Counted from the first letter of the stretch, positions 30,328-39,917 are shown. The stretch: DNA of 58,939 bases from a bacterium (GCA_014846175.1 RKAV01000041.1:1-58939); one strand, 5' to 3'. The notes: generated by a model from the letters alone, not told the origin. A program made the numbers and translations.

Positions 30328-31337
30328 TCCTTTTTTAGTACTTCTTGATAAACTTCTTTTAACTGTTTACCTACTGTTTTAATATCTTTTTCTTTAGCTT
30401 TCTTTAAAGCATTATTAGTTAATGATGGTAGTTCTTTTTCTACTATTTTTTTAGTTTTATCTACAAACTCTTCTACATTTTTAGCTTTATAAACATCTAC
30501 GTCTTCTTTAAACCAATCTTTAAATATCTCTATATCTCTAACTAGTATAGGACACTTCATAGCACATGCTTCAATAATTGGTATTCCTTCTGTTTCTTCT
30601 AAGGTTGGAAATAAAAATAAGTCACAACCACCTAAGGCTTCTCTTATATATTTTTGATCAACATGACCAGCAAAAGTTAAGTTAGGAAGTTTTGTTTCTA
30701 CGGCATGTCTAGCATCAGGAGTTGCTGCTGCTAAAGGACTTGATCCAAACCAAATAAATTTGTAGTCCGGTAATTTTTTAGCTACTTCAACAAAATCAAC
30801 AATACCCTTTCTTCTACTATATATACCTATTCCTACTATTACTTTATCCGTATCTTTATAATTATATCTTTTTCTAAATGATTCACGATACTTCTTATCT
30901 GGTGTAAAGAAATCTAATTCTAAGCCATTAGAAATAGCTACTATTTTTTTACCTTTTAGTCCCTTATAACCTTCAAGTATCTTTTTAGAATAAACAGTTG
31001 GTGTAACAATAATATCTCCTAGTTTATAGCATTTTACTATCCACCATTTAAATAATTTACTAGTTAAGTGTCCACCAACAAAACCATCTTTATAATCTTC
31101 TTCCGTTGAATGGGCATGATAAACTATTTTTATTCCTTTTCTTTTTAATTTCTTAGCTAGAAAGTAAGACTTTAAGAAGTAAGTATTAATATGTGCTATA
31201 TCATAATCATTTTCTTTTACATCTCTTGTATAATCAACTTTTGCAAATTGCAAAGCTTTTTCTTGATGAAGAATAGCTTTTCCTAATCCACTTACTCCTA
31301 TTACTTTTAACCCTTCAGCATACAACAAAACTTTCAT
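30324..31337 (-). CDS. GT4-family glycosyltransferase
   Basis: GT-B fold pattern with an E-x7-E motif (EETEGIPIIEA). Confidence 0.8.
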   Translation of the reverse strand: MKVLLYAEGLKVIGVSGLGKAILHQEKALQFAKVDYTRDVKENDYDIAHINTYFLKSYFLAKKLKRKGIKIVYHAHSTEEDYKDGFVGGHLTSKLFKWWIVKCYKLGDIIVTPTVYSKKILEGYKGLKGKKIVAISNGLELDFFTPDKKYRESFRKRYNYKDTDKVIVGIGIYSRRKGIVDFVEVAKKLPDYKFIWFGSSPLAAATPDARHAVETKLPNLTFAGHVDQKYIREALGGCDLFLFPTLEETEGIPIIEACAMKCPILVRDIEIFKDWFKEDVDVYKAKNVEEFVDKTKKIVEKELPSLTNNALKKAKEKDIKTVGKQLKEVYQEVLKKD

Positions 31338-31407
31338 AATTTTCTTCCTTTCTTAAGTTGAGTATATCATACTTTTTTTTATAATAATAGAAAAAGTAGA
31401 ATTTAAT

Positions 31408-32574
31408 CTACTTCTTTTGAAACGTTTTATTAATAGTTTTCTTTCCAACATAGAAATAATCATAAGGACTTCTATTAGTCAAATATTTATTTGCTCTTTT
31501 TAGCAATCTATCTTTTTTATCTTGTGATGATTGTTTATCTTTTTCTTTTTCTATTATAGTAGATGCTATATCAAGAACTAATTCATCACCTATAAGAGCT
31601 GGATTATTTATTTCTAAAACATGATTAAGTTCATACATATCTCTATCAATATTAATCATAGAATCATTAATTTCATAATCATTCTTTATTGCATTCATTA
31701 TATTATTATTAAATTTCAAGTATTCTTCCTCATCATAATGAATATCTACTTGACGCATATTTCTTTTAAAAAATGCTTGAAGAGCAGTTAATTCTTCTTC
31801 ATTTATTTCTTCTATTGGTTTATAAAAAAATTTAGATTTTACTGGTTTTACATAACTTACATTAGCATAATTCTTAATAGTTTTTTTGATTTTACCATTA
31901 ATTAATTCTGATATTCTTAATCCTAAGAAATTCGGTGCTCCACAAACGTATACTTGTGTATTAGTTTTATTTATTCTATTATTTGTTTGAATATATTTAA
32001 GTACAGATTCTAAACCTACTGTATCTCTATTTACTCCATGCATTAGTTGCTGTGTTAATTTACCATTACGTGTTATAGCATCAAGAAATGATCCTGTGCA
32101 ACCATTATAAATGATAATATTAGCTATATTAGAATTATTATCTAATGCCAAATCTCTTAGTCCTTTATTCATATCAGCTTCTTTTTTAGGATAGTATTCA
32201 TCAATATTAGCAGGTGTAAGTCCATGAACTACCATACTAGTAGCTGAACCTGAATAATCACTTCTATTCATCTTATACATTTCATTTTCTGTTATGTTTG
32301 AAGCTAACCATTCAAATATATGTTCATCGTTATTATTTTGTGCTCTAGCAAAATGATATCTTTCAAGCTCTATATCATATTCTTTCATAATATTTTCAAT
32401 GCTACCATTTCTTAAAAGTAATGGTTTTACTGTTCTTACCATTGAATATCCAGAAGCGATTGAGTTACCTAAACTAATCAAACGTAAATTAGTTATTGAA
32501 GACTTACTAGCTTTTAATATTTGTGCTACTTCTTCATTTAATCTTTTTTGTTTATCAATTATTAGACTTTCCAT
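31408..32574 (-). CDS. Hypothetical protein, possibly SGNH/GDSL-hydrolase-like
   Basis: The block LISLGNSIASGYS resembles GDSL block I. The rest is unassigned. Confidence 0.45.
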   Translation of the reverse strand: MESLIIDKQKRLNEEVAQILKASKSSITNLRLISLGNSIASGYSMVRTVKPLLLRNGSIENIMKEYDIELERYHFARAQNNNDEHIFEWLASNITENEMYKMNRSDYSGSATSMVVHGLTPANIDEYYPKKEADMNKGLRDLALDNNSNIANIIIYNGCTGSFLDAITRNGKLTQQLMHGVNRDTVGLESVLKYIQTNNRINKTNTQVYVCGAPNFLGLRISELINGKIKKTIKNYANVSYVKPVKSKFFYKPIEEINEEELTALQAFFKRNMRQVDIHYDEEEYLKFNNNIMNAIKNDYEINDSMINIDRDMYELNHVLEINNPALIGDELVLDIASTIIEKEKDKQSSQDKKDRLLKRANKYLTNRSPYDYFYVGKKTINKTFQKK

Positions 32575-32633
32575 ATTATCCCCCCTAAATGTTCACTAAT
32601 TATAACATATTTTTATTTTTTTGTCAAAAAGTG

Positions 32634-32663
32634 TTGACATATCTTATATTTCTATGTTAAACT
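32634..32663 (+). promoter_or_regulatory. Candidate promoter of tRNA-Ala
   Basis: TTGACA (32634..32639), 18 nt of spacer, TGtTAAACT extended -10, ending 12 nt before the tRNA. Confidence 0.5.
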
Positions 32664-32675
32664 TAATGTGTTGTT

Positions 32676-32751
32676 GGGGAATTAGCTCAGCTGGGAGAGC
32701 GTCTGCTTTGCACGCAGAAGGTCAGGAGTTCGATCCTCCTATTCTCCACCA
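32676..32751 (+). tRNA. tRNA-Ala (anticodon UGC), CCA encoded
   Basis: The cloverleaf folds by hand: acceptor GGGGAAT/ATTCTCC with the G3:U70 Ala identity pair, anticodon loop TT-TGC-AC, T-arm AGGAG-TTCGATC-CTCCT, 3-prime ACCA. Confidence 0.95.
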
Positions 32752-32763
32752 TAATTAGTAATC

Positions 32764-32789
32764 ACTAACTAGAAATAGTTAGTTTTTTT
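32764..32789 (+). terminator. Terminator after tRNA-Ala
   Basis: Stem ACTAACTA / TAGTTAGT with loop GAAA, followed by T7. Confidence 0.6.
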
Positions 32790-32790
32790 G

Positions 32791-33267
32791 TTATGTTATA
32801 TCTTTTAAATCAAAATCAATTACTTTTTTTAATTCATCTAAAGTAGTCTCTACTTGATAGCCTATTTTTCCTCCACTAAATATTAACTTATCATAATTTT
32901 TAGCAGTGTTATCAATAACAGTCTTAAAACTTTTTTTCATTCCTACCGGAGAACATCCACCATGAATATAGCCAGTGAGTGCTAATAGTTCTTTTGATTT
33001 TACCATTTCTATATTTTTTTCATTAACAGCTTTACTAGCTTTTTTTAAATTTAGTTCTTTATTTACTGGTACTAAAAAAACATAATGATTATTTGTTTTA
33101 CCTATGGTAACTAAAGTTTTAAAAGTAAGATTTGGATCTTCATTTAGAGCTTTAGCTACTTCCATTCCACTAATAGCACCAGTTTCTAAATAGTTATAAC
33201 TTTTATATTTAACTTTCTTTTGTTCTAATATACGCATTACATTTGTTTTTTCATCTTTTATTTTCAT
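32791..33267 (-). CDS. ybaK: Cys-tRNA(Pro)/Cys-tRNA(Cys) deacylase YbaK/EbsC
   Basis: 158 aa with the characteristic GYIHGGCSPVGMKK motif. Confidence 0.85.
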   Translation of the reverse strand: MKIKDEKTNVMRILEQKKVKYKSYNYLETGAISGMEVAKALNEDPNLTFKTLVTIGKTNNHYVFLVPVNKELNLKKASKAVNEKNIEMVKSKELLALTGYIHGGCSPVGMKKSFKTVIDNTAKNYDKLIFSGGKIGYQVETTLDELKKVIDFDLKDIT

Positions 33268-33325
33268 TTAGTTCACCTTTTTTCTACAATAAAAGAGCCT
33301 AAAAAGACTCTTAGTATCAATATAT

Positions 33326-33402
33326 TGGGGCGGCGTATGAGGATCGAACTCATGCATACTGGTGCCACAAACCAGCGTGTTAACCACTTCACCAACGCCG
33401 CC
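33326..33402 (-). tRNA. tRNA-His (anticodon GUG) with encoded G-1 and CCA
   Basis: The minus strand reads G-GCGGCGT...CTGGT-TT-GTG-GC-ACCAG...ATGAG-TTCGATC-CTCAT-ACGCCGC-C-CCA. An extra 5-prime G pairs with C73, the tRNA-His hallmark. Confidence 0.95.
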
Positions 33403-33420
33403 ATCTCTAACAACAAGTTT

Positions 33421-33449
33421 ATTTTACCAAAATTAGACACATCTTGCAA
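33421..33449 (-). promoter_or_regulatory. Candidate promoter of tRNA-His
   Basis: The minus strand reads TTGCAA (33449..33444), 17 nt of spacer, then TGgTAAAAT extended -10 (hexamer 33426..33421). Confidence 0.55.
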
Positions 33450-33485
33450 CCTTTTTTTCATATTTTTTAATTTCTTTTTATAAAT

Positions 33486-33527
33486 TAGCACTCTTTATTG
33501 ACAAGTGCCAAAGAAAGTGGTATAACA
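33486..33527 (+). promoter_or_regulatory. CIRCE-like inverted repeat overlapping the hsp20 promoter
   Basis: TTAGCACTC-tttattgac-AAGTGCCAA spans 33486..33512. Against the CIRCE consensus TTAGCACTC-N9-GAGTGCTAA the left arm matches 9/9 and the right arm 7/9. TTGACA (33499..33504), 17 nt of spacer, TATAAC (33522..33527). Confidence 0.6.
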
Positions 33528-33552
33528 TAATTGTGAAAGGAAAGTGATAATT

Positions 33553-33939
33553 ATGTTACCAAGAAGATTTTATTTTGATAACGCATTAGATGATTTATTT
33601 GAAGATGAAGGAGCTAAGATGAAGTGTGATATCTATGAAAAAGATAATACTTATCATGTAGATATGGATTTACCAGGTTTCAAGAAAGAAGAAATAAAAG
33701 TTGAATGCAACAAAGGAAACTTAATCGTTAGTGCTGAGAAAAAGCATGAAGAAGAAGAAAAAGATAAGAGCAAAAAATATCTTCGCCGTGAAAGAGTTTA
33801 TGGAAAATACTCTCGTAGTTTCTATCTAGGAGATGTAGATGAAGACAATATTGAAGCATCTTATAATAATGGTACTTTACATATTGCTGTTCCAAAAATT
33901 GATGAAAATAAAAATAAAAAACTTATTGATATTAAATAG
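33553..33939 (+). CDS. Small heat-shock protein (Hsp20/alpha-crystallin family)
   Basis: Alpha-crystallin domain (YHVDMDLPGFKKEEIKV...GTLHIAVPK). The ATG at 33553 follows an AAAGGAAAG RBS. Confidence 0.9.
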   Translation: MLPRRFYFDNALDDLFEDEGAKMKCDIYEKDNTYHVDMDLPGFKKEEIKVECNKGNLIVSAEKKHEEEEKDKSKKYLRRERVYGKYSRSFYLGDVDEDNIEASYNNGTLHIAVPKIDENKNKKLIDIK

Positions 33940-33940
33940 T

Positions 33941-33968
33941 AAAAAGGAACCAACAAGGTTCCTTTTTT
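33941..33968. terminator. Bidirectional terminator between hsp20 and the alarmone synthetase gene
   Basis: Stem AGGAACC / GGTTCCT, with A5 before and T6 after. Confidence 0.6.
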
Positions 33969-34596
33969 ATATAATTTCTTGATCTTCAATAATAGTTCGC
34001 ATTTGATTATTCATATCAACCATTTTATGATCTAAGTTATTTATATCAAGAGCACACTTATACATATTCTCTTGGATATCTTTAGGAATATCACCTTCAA
34101 ACTTATATCTTATCTTATGATCTAAACTAGCCCAAAAATCCATAGCAACCGTTCTAATTTGAATTTCTGCTTCTACCATTTCTACCCCATCTATTAAATA
34201 AACAGGAACATAAACAAGTAAATGATAACTTGAATAACCACTATCTTTAGGAGTTGAAATATAATCCTTTTTAGTATGAACTGTTATTTGATCACTATCT
34301 TCAAGTAATTTTACTATTGTATAAACATCTGATAAAAAAGAACAAACTATTCTTACTCCAACTGCATCATGAATATGATCTTCAATATTAGAAACAGTTA
34401 CTTCATAATCCCTACTTTTAAGTTTATTTACAATACTATCATAACTTTTAATTCTACTTTTCACATGTTCAACTGGATTATAATGATTTTTAAATTCAAA
34501 ATCTTGTAATAAAATAGCTATTTGTGTTTCTAGTGTTTTTAAAGCAGCGTTATACTTAAGTAATAATTCCTCATAGTCTTCTGTTAATTCTTCCAA
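33967..34596 (-). CDS. Small alarmone synthetase (RelP/RelQ-type GTP pyrophosphokinase)
   Basis: RelA/SpoT synthetase motifs DAVGVRIVC, YSSYHLLV and EIQIRTVAMDFWASLDHKIRYK. The start is probably the TTG at 34596, which lies 6 nt after AGGAGGG (track start 34614). Confidence 0.85.
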   Translation of the reverse strand: MEELTEDYEELLLKYNAALKTLETQIAILLQDFEFKNHYNPVEHVKSRIKSYDSIVNKLKSRDYEVTVSNIEDHIHDAVGVRIVCSFLSDVYTIVKLLEDSDQITVHTKKDYISTPKDSGYSSYHLLVYVPVYLIDGVEMVEAEIQIRTVAMDFWASLDHKIRYKFEGDIPKDIQENMYKCALDINNLDHKMVDMNNQMRTIIEDQEII

Positions 34597-34623
34597 AAAA
34601 TTCCCTCCTAGCAAAAAATAGAC

Positions 34624-35064
34624 TTAAGATTCGTCCAAGTCCAACATATCTATTTCTTCTACTACTGCTAATTGTTGTTCAACAATAATCTTTAATTTTC
34701 TTTTAAATATTTTAATATTTTTTTCTAACACATCAGCTTGCTGTTCAATTTTTTCTGATCTAATAAGAGCATCATTAACTATTCTAGAAGCATTATTTTT
34801 AGCATCACTAATTATTACATTAGCTTCTCCTCTAGCAAGACGTTTAATATTATCACTAGTTCTAAAAGCATTAACTAAAGATTTATCAATATTTTCTTCT
34901 AAACCTTTATAGCTTTCTAGTTGTTCTTTTAACTTTTTAATCTCATCTTTTTGTTCCTGACACTTATTAACAATGCCTTCCGTTTCTTTAACGACATTTT
35001 CAATAAAAGCATTTACTTCACTTTTATTGTAACCATTAGCCTCATAATGAAACTTATCCATCAC
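34624..35064 (-). CDS. DivIVA-domain protein
   Basis: N-terminal F..EANGYNKSEVNAFIENV DivIVA motif followed by coiled coil. Adjacent to sepF. Confidence 0.75.
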   Translation of the reverse strand: MMDKFHYEANGYNKSEVNAFIENVVKETEGIVNKCQEQKDEIKKLKEQLESYKGLEENIDKSLVNAFRTSDNIKRLARGEANVIISDAKNNASRIVNDALIRSEKIEQQADVLEKNIKIFKRKLKIIVEQQLAVVEEIDMLDLDES

Positions 35065-35087
35065 ATAGCCCCCTTTTGGGTTAGTTA

Positions 35088-35519
35088 TTACCAGTCAAAC
35101 TCATCATCATCGTCTTGTTTTGTCTTTTTGCCTGGTTTTGCTGGTACATCATCAGAAATTTTTCCCTCAACATTTACATTATTTGGTGTACATAAAAAGA
35201 TTCCTCCACCTAACTTTTGTAAATCTCCACCAATAGCATAAAGAGTCCCTGATAGAAAATCTACTATTCTTTTTCCTTGATCTGGAGTTACTCTTTTTAA
35301 GTTAACTACTACTGCATTTCTATCTTTTAAGTGGTCTGCTATTTGTTGTGATTCTGAATAAGCACGTGGCTCAAGTAACATCATCTTACTACCAGCTACA
35401 CCATTTTCGTCTTCATATTCTTCTCTTGACACTTTGTAATACTCCTCCTCTTTTACTTCTTCATTTACTGTTGTATCGTCTTGTCCCATTAATTTTTTTA
35501 ATTTATCGTTGAAAGCCAT
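35088..35519 (-). CDS. sepF: Cell division protein SepF
   Basis: The C-terminal SepF core is recognisable: VVVNLKRV...[29 protein letters not shown]. Confidence 0.85.
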   Translation of the reverse strand: MAFNDKLKKLMGQDDTTVNEEVKEEEYYKVSREEYEDENGVAGSKMMLLEPRAYSESQQIADHLKDRNAVVVNLKRVTPDQGKRIVDFLSGTLYAIGGDLQKLGGGIFLCTPNNVNVEGKISDDVPAKPGKKTKQDDDDEFDW

Positions 35520-35647
35520 ATTGCTTAACCTCCTACCTAACTACTATTAATAATAACATATTTTTCTAAAAAGGAAAAGACTTTTTTAAACCTCCTAGAT
35601 AATCTAGACACTTTTATTGTATAATTAGTCTAGAAAGGTGGTTTATA

Positions 35648-36208
35648 ATGAATATCTTTAACTATTTAGAATATAATTCTTTAATTATTTTATCTTTCTT
35701 TTTTATCTCCTTAGCAACACTTATACTAAATATATTAACTAAAGGAAAAAGTAATGATTTGTTTTTTTCAACTTACCGTAGTAGTTTATTAAATCCACTT
35801 ACTTATATAAGATTAGTTACACATATTTTTGGTCATGCTAATTGGAGCCATTTTACTCATAATTTTCTTTATATCTTATTAATTGGCCCAATGATAGAAG
35901 AAAAGTATGGTAGTATTAATCTTTTAATAATGATTTTAATAACTGCTATTATTATTGGAATATTTAATTCTATTTTTACAAAGAATAAAATACTAGGAGC
36001 TAGTGGTATAACTTTTATGTTAATTGTTTTATCATCATTTGTTAATTTTTCCACTAATAAGATACCATTAACTTTTATTCTTATTATACTTTTTTATATA
36101 GTTGATGAAGTGAAACTATTAGGTCAAAAGGATTCTATAAGTCATGGAAGTCATTTCCTTGGAGCTTTATGTGGTTTTATTTTTTCTTACATTATATTTC
36201 CCTCTTGA
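35648..36208 (+). CDS. Rhomboid-family intramembrane serine protease
   Basis: Six TM segments, with the GASG catalytic Ser motif and a His in HFLGALCG. Confidence 0.8.
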   Translation: MNIFNYLEYNSLIILSFFFISLATLILNILTKGKSNDLFFSTYRSSLLNPLTYIRLVTHIFGHANWSHFTHNFLYILLIGPMIEEKYGSINLLIMILITAIIIGIFNSIFTKNKILGASGITFMLIVLSSFVNFSTNKIPLTFILIILFYIVDEVKLLGQKDSISHGSHFLGALCGFIFSYIIFPS

Positions 36209-37971
36209 TACCAAACACTACTAACATCAACGTTATTAGATAATGGTTCTGGATTTGCTTTTTGAAAATACATACTAACAGGTACTTTAAAAGCATTTCC
36301 AAAAGCTATACAGTTACCTGGTTTTAAGTTTTTAAGTTCTTCTACCATTTCTATAGATACATTTGGAACCATTTCTTTTATATATTGTAAATCTTTGGGA
36401 TGAAGGGTTCTTAAAACTATAAAGTTAGAACACTGAGAAATAGCAGTATCAGAAAGTTCACTAGGTCTTTGCGTAATAAGTCCTAGTAATGTTCCATACT
36501 TTCTTCCCTCTTTAGTAATTCTATCAAAAATGTTATAACCAAGTATTTCCGTATCTGTATCTTTTTGTACATATCTATGTGCTTCTTCAATAATAATATG
36601 AAAAGGCATACTACCACGATTTGGATTTTCTACTGTATAATCAAAGATTAATTTAGATAAAACTTTAGTAATTACTTTAGCAAGTCGATCATCTATATAA
36701 CTAATATTAAAATTTGCTATTTGACAGTGATTACCATTTATATCCGTAAATAAATCACTTATATAAGTTGCTCTATCTATGTAAGATTTAGAATCAAAGA
36801 AGACATGATTAGGACTATTTACTAAGCTATGAAGTCTAACACTTAAAACATTAGCATAGTCATAAACTTTATCGCTTTTTAAAACGCCTTCACTAATTAA
36901 AGCAAAATCCATAGCTGTTTCTAAGTCTTTTAATGTATAAGCAATAAATTTATCTGTCTTAGGAATCTCTTCTTTATCTTCCATAATAAATTGTTTTAAA
37001 AAGTTTACTACTAATTCCATTTCTACTAGTTTGCCCATCTTATCAATATAAAGACATTGTTTTAAAGTTCTAGTATATCCTGGTTGTACTATTAAACTTT
37101 CAAGTGACAAGTCTTTTGTATTAAATTTAGTAAGAATAGCAATTACTTGATCTCTTATCTTAGTAGATTGTGCCCCACTTAAAAGTATATCTTCTGTAGC
37201 TCTTGCAATTATATCATTCTTATACTTTAAGACCATTTCATTTTCTCCTGTTAAAATAGGAACTAAGGTTAAAGCTTTCTCAATAATTGGTAACTGATTA
37301 GTAGATGTTGCATCTAAAAGTAAAGCAATATCATCAACTCCTAATAACCATAATGGTATATTTATAAAATCACTATTAGCATCACTAACTTGGGTATTAG
37401 TGGTATATGTCTTATAGTGCATATTAGGATTAACTTGATCTATATCTTTTAAAGCTCTTGTATATTCACCATAAGCATCAAACATAACAACATGAGCACC
37501 TACTGGGCTTGCTGTTTGACTAGCAAAAACATTTTGAAAAATTCTACTTACAGTAAAACTTTTTCCTGCTCCACTATTACCTAAAATAGCAAAATGATTA
37601 CTAAAGAAAGAATTAATATTAACATGAATTGGATAATTTTGATATATAGTTGAATAACCAAAAAGCACTTCACCTTTATCTGGTGTTTGTTTTCCTAAAA
37701 TAAGTGCTAACTCTTCCATATTAACTATTCTAACACTAGATCTAAAAGATGGTTTACTACTAACCCCTGGAATAAAAGTATTATTTTTTATTTCTCCTAC
37801 AATATTAGATTTCATAACTATTTTCGTAGTACTTACTATTTGTCCTACTATCTTATTATTTTCATCTTCAAATATTACATGTAAATCAACTAAATTTGTT
37901 TGTTTAGCCAAATCAATAGTTAAATTAACAAAGACATTGTTATCAACTATTTCTTTAATATCACCTAACAT
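36187..37971 (-). CDS. HerA/FtsK-type (DUF87) ATPase, no adjacent nuclease partner
   Basis: N-terminal barrel-like region, Walker A GNSGAGKS, Walker B HIIIEEAHRY, and GLITQRPSELS. Confidence 0.8.
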   Translation of the reverse strand: MLGDIKEIVDNNVFVNLTIDLAKQTNLVDLHVIFEDENNKIVGQIVSTTKIVMKSNIVGEIKNNTFIPGVSSKPSFRSSVRIVNMEELALILGKQTPDKGEVLFGYSTIYQNYPIHVNINSFFSNHFAILGNSGAGKSFTVSRIFQNVFASQTASPVGAHVVMFDAYGEYTRALKDIDQVNPNMHYKTYTTNTQVSDANSDFINIPLWLLGVDDIALLLDATSTNQLPIIEKALTLVPILTGENEMVLKYKNDIIARATEDILLSGAQSTKIRDQVIAILTKFNTKDLSLESLIVQPGYTRTLKQCLYIDKMGKLVEMELVVNFLKQFIMEDKEEIPKTDKFIAYTLKDLETAMDFALISEGVLKSDKVYDYANVLSVRLHSLVNSPNHVFFDSKSYIDRATYISDLFTDINGNHCQIANFNISYIDDRLAKVITKVLSKLIFDYTVENPNRGSMPFHIIIEEAHRYVQKDTDTEILGYNIFDRITKEGRKYGTLLGLITQRPSELSDTAISQCSNFIVLRTLHPKDLQYIKEMVPNVSIEMVEELKNLKPGNCIAFGNAFKVPVSMYFQKANPEPLSNNVDVSSVWYQEGNIM

Positions 37972-38031
37972 TTAATCACCCTCTACTCTTATTGTTATAA
38001 TAATTGTAGCAAATTTCTAACTAAAAAACAA

Positions 38032-38592
38032 TTAGTTTACCTTTTCTTTATAATAATTTAAAGTTTCAATAGTATTAGGATGAATATACTTACCTTCACT
38101 AGTTAGTTTTTTTATTTTTGTTTCTAAACAAAGAATAACAGCTTTATCTAAATCTTGATAAGCAATATTTCTCTCTGCTTCTATACCTTGATAGTTCTTT
38201 CCTGGTTCTATCTTATCAGCTAAATAAATAATTTTTTCTAAATTACTCATATTAGGTCTACCTGCAGTATGATAATAAATAGCATTAACCATATCTTTAT
38301 TAAAATGATACTTTTCTTTAGTTAATATAGCTCCTATTACACCATGAATAAACTTTTTATTATTAGAATTTAACCATTCTCTATCTAAGTTATGTTCTTT
38401 TATAAATAATTCATTTTCTTTAGTTGTAAACTCCTTTGCTATATCATGTGTAAGCCCTGCTAAATAGGCTTCTTCCTCATTTATTTTATAATGTTTAGCT
38501 AAATCTTTAGCTACTTCTGCTACTCTTAATGAATGATTATAACGATATTCACTAAGTAATGTTTTTAAATCTTTTTTTATTTCTTCTATCAT
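38032..38592 (-). CDS. yqeK: HD-domain bis(5-prime-nucleosyl)-tetraphosphatase YqeK
   Basis: H...HD motifs (HSLRVAEVA, THDIAK) in a YqeK-like length of 186 aa. Confidence 0.8.
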   Translation of the reverse strand: MIEEIKKDLKTLLSEYRYNHSLRVAEVAKDLAKHYKINEEEAYLAGLTHDIAKEFTTKENELFIKEHNLDREWLNSNNKKFIHGVIGAILTKEKYHFNKDMVNAIYYHTAGRPNMSNLEKIIYLADKIEPGKNYQGIEAERNIAYQDLDKAVILCLETKIKKLTSEGKYIHPNTIETLNYYKEKVN

Positions 38593-38608
38593 AACAATCC
38601 CTTAATTA

Positions 38609-39865
38609 TTATGACATAATTTCTCCTTTTGGTAAAGTAATATTTACTAAAGTCCACTCTCCTTCCTTAGAGGTATAAGTAATATTCCCATTATGTAATT
38701 TAACTATTTCTTTAGATAAACAAGTTCCAAGGCCTGTTCCTTTCTCTTTAGTTGTAAAAAACATTTGACCAATTTTATCAAGTTGTTCTTGACTCATTCC
38801 TTTACCATTATCTCTTATTTTTATTGATATATCATGTCCTAAATCTTTTACCGTAACTTCAATTTTATTTTGTTCTTTATTACTATCTTTCGCTTCAAGG
38901 GCATTTTTTAGTATATTTATAAGGACTTGTTTTAAACGATTATAATCTGCTTCCATATATAATTCTTCATAAGGAATATTATAATTAACAACTATTCTTC
39001 TATCATAAAATAAGGGCTTTAAAGCTTGATCTAATTCTTCTAAAAGCATTACTAAATCTATCTCTTCTTTTTCTATTTTAATCTTAGTATAATCTAAAAA
39101 ATCATCCATCAATATTAATGTTCTATTTATTTCTCCTTTAATAATAGGAATATATTTAATACATTTCTTTTTATCATTGACATCTAACATATCAAGATAC
39201 CCTTTACATACAGCGATTGGATTTTTAATTTCATGTGTTACTTTAAATAGCGATGCTCTTAATTCCTTTTCTTTTTCTACTGCATAAAGGCTGTTATTAA
39301 AATCTACAATTTTCTCACCCTTGTTTAAAAAATAAAGAATAATAAAACTTGCTACATAAATAACAATAATAAGAAAGATTATATAAGTAATATTATCATA
39401 GTAGTTTCTAGTAGGTGATATGAAGAAAAAGACTTTTATAGTTAAAAAGAAACTGTTAATAACAATAAAACCATGTATTAAATTGAGGAAAGAAAACTTA
39501 TTTTTCTTAAGATAAAAGTAATAGATGAAATAAATAATATATTCTATTATTAATAGTGTTGGTGTAATAAAGAGGAATAATGTTTGGTAATATATTAAAA
39601 CAATAGAAATAAATATACTTAACTCTGTTTTCTTTTTAGAAAATGCTAGTAGTAATGGTATATCAAAAAGCATAGTTGGATAATGATGATGTAATGGTAG
39701 TCCATAACGAAGTATAAAGTATAAGGAAGATGTAATTGCTATTTCAAAAGCGATAGTATTTTCTTCTTGTTGAATATTCTTACGATATGTTATGTAAATA
39801 AGATATAAGGAAATGGGAAATAATAAATATATACAATTATTCAAGATTATTTCAAAATACGACAT
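38609..39865 (-). CDS. Orphan membrane sensor histidine kinase (no adjacent response regulator)
   Basis: About 6 TM segments, H-box THEIKNPIAV, N-box ILKNALEA, DNGKGM and GTGLGTCLSKE. Confidence 0.8.
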   Translation of the reverse strand: MSYFEIILNNCIYLLFPISLYLIYITYRKNIQQEENTIAFEIAITSSLYFILRYGLPLHHHYPTMLFDIPLLLAFSKKKTELSIFISIVLIYYQTLFLFITPTLLIIEYIIYFIYYFYLKKNKFSFLNLIHGFIVINSFFLTIKVFFFISPTRNYYDNITYIIFLIIVIYVASFIILYFLNKGEKIVDFNNSLYAVEKEKELRASLFKVTHEIKNPIAVCKGYLDMLDVNDKKKCIKYIPIIKGEINRTLILMDDFLDYTKIKIEKEEIDLVMLLEELDQALKPLFYDRRIVVNYNIPYEELYMEADYNRLKQVLINILKNALEAKDSNKEQNKIEVTVKDLGHDISIKIRDNGKGMSQEQLDKIGQMFFTTKEKGTGLGTCLSKEIVKLHNGNITYTSKEGEWTLVNITLPKGEIMS

Positions 39866-39900
39866 AAGAACCTCCTTAATAGAATTATATGTATCTTGTT

Positions 39901-39917
39901 TGTCGAATTTTGTCGAA
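39901..39917 (+). promoter_or_regulatory. Two tandem perfect Spo0A-box heptamers upstream of the orphan kinase
   Basis: TGTCGAA occurs at 39901..39907 and 39911..39917, a 10-bp register. The boxes lie 36-52 nt upstream of the kinase ATG, over the expected -35 of a TATAAT at 39889..39884 (minus strand). Confidence 0.5.

Noticed and set aside
33273-33491. 72-aa minus-strand ORF.
   Set aside because: It runs straight through the tRNA-His gene (33326..33402) and its promoter, so it is not coding.
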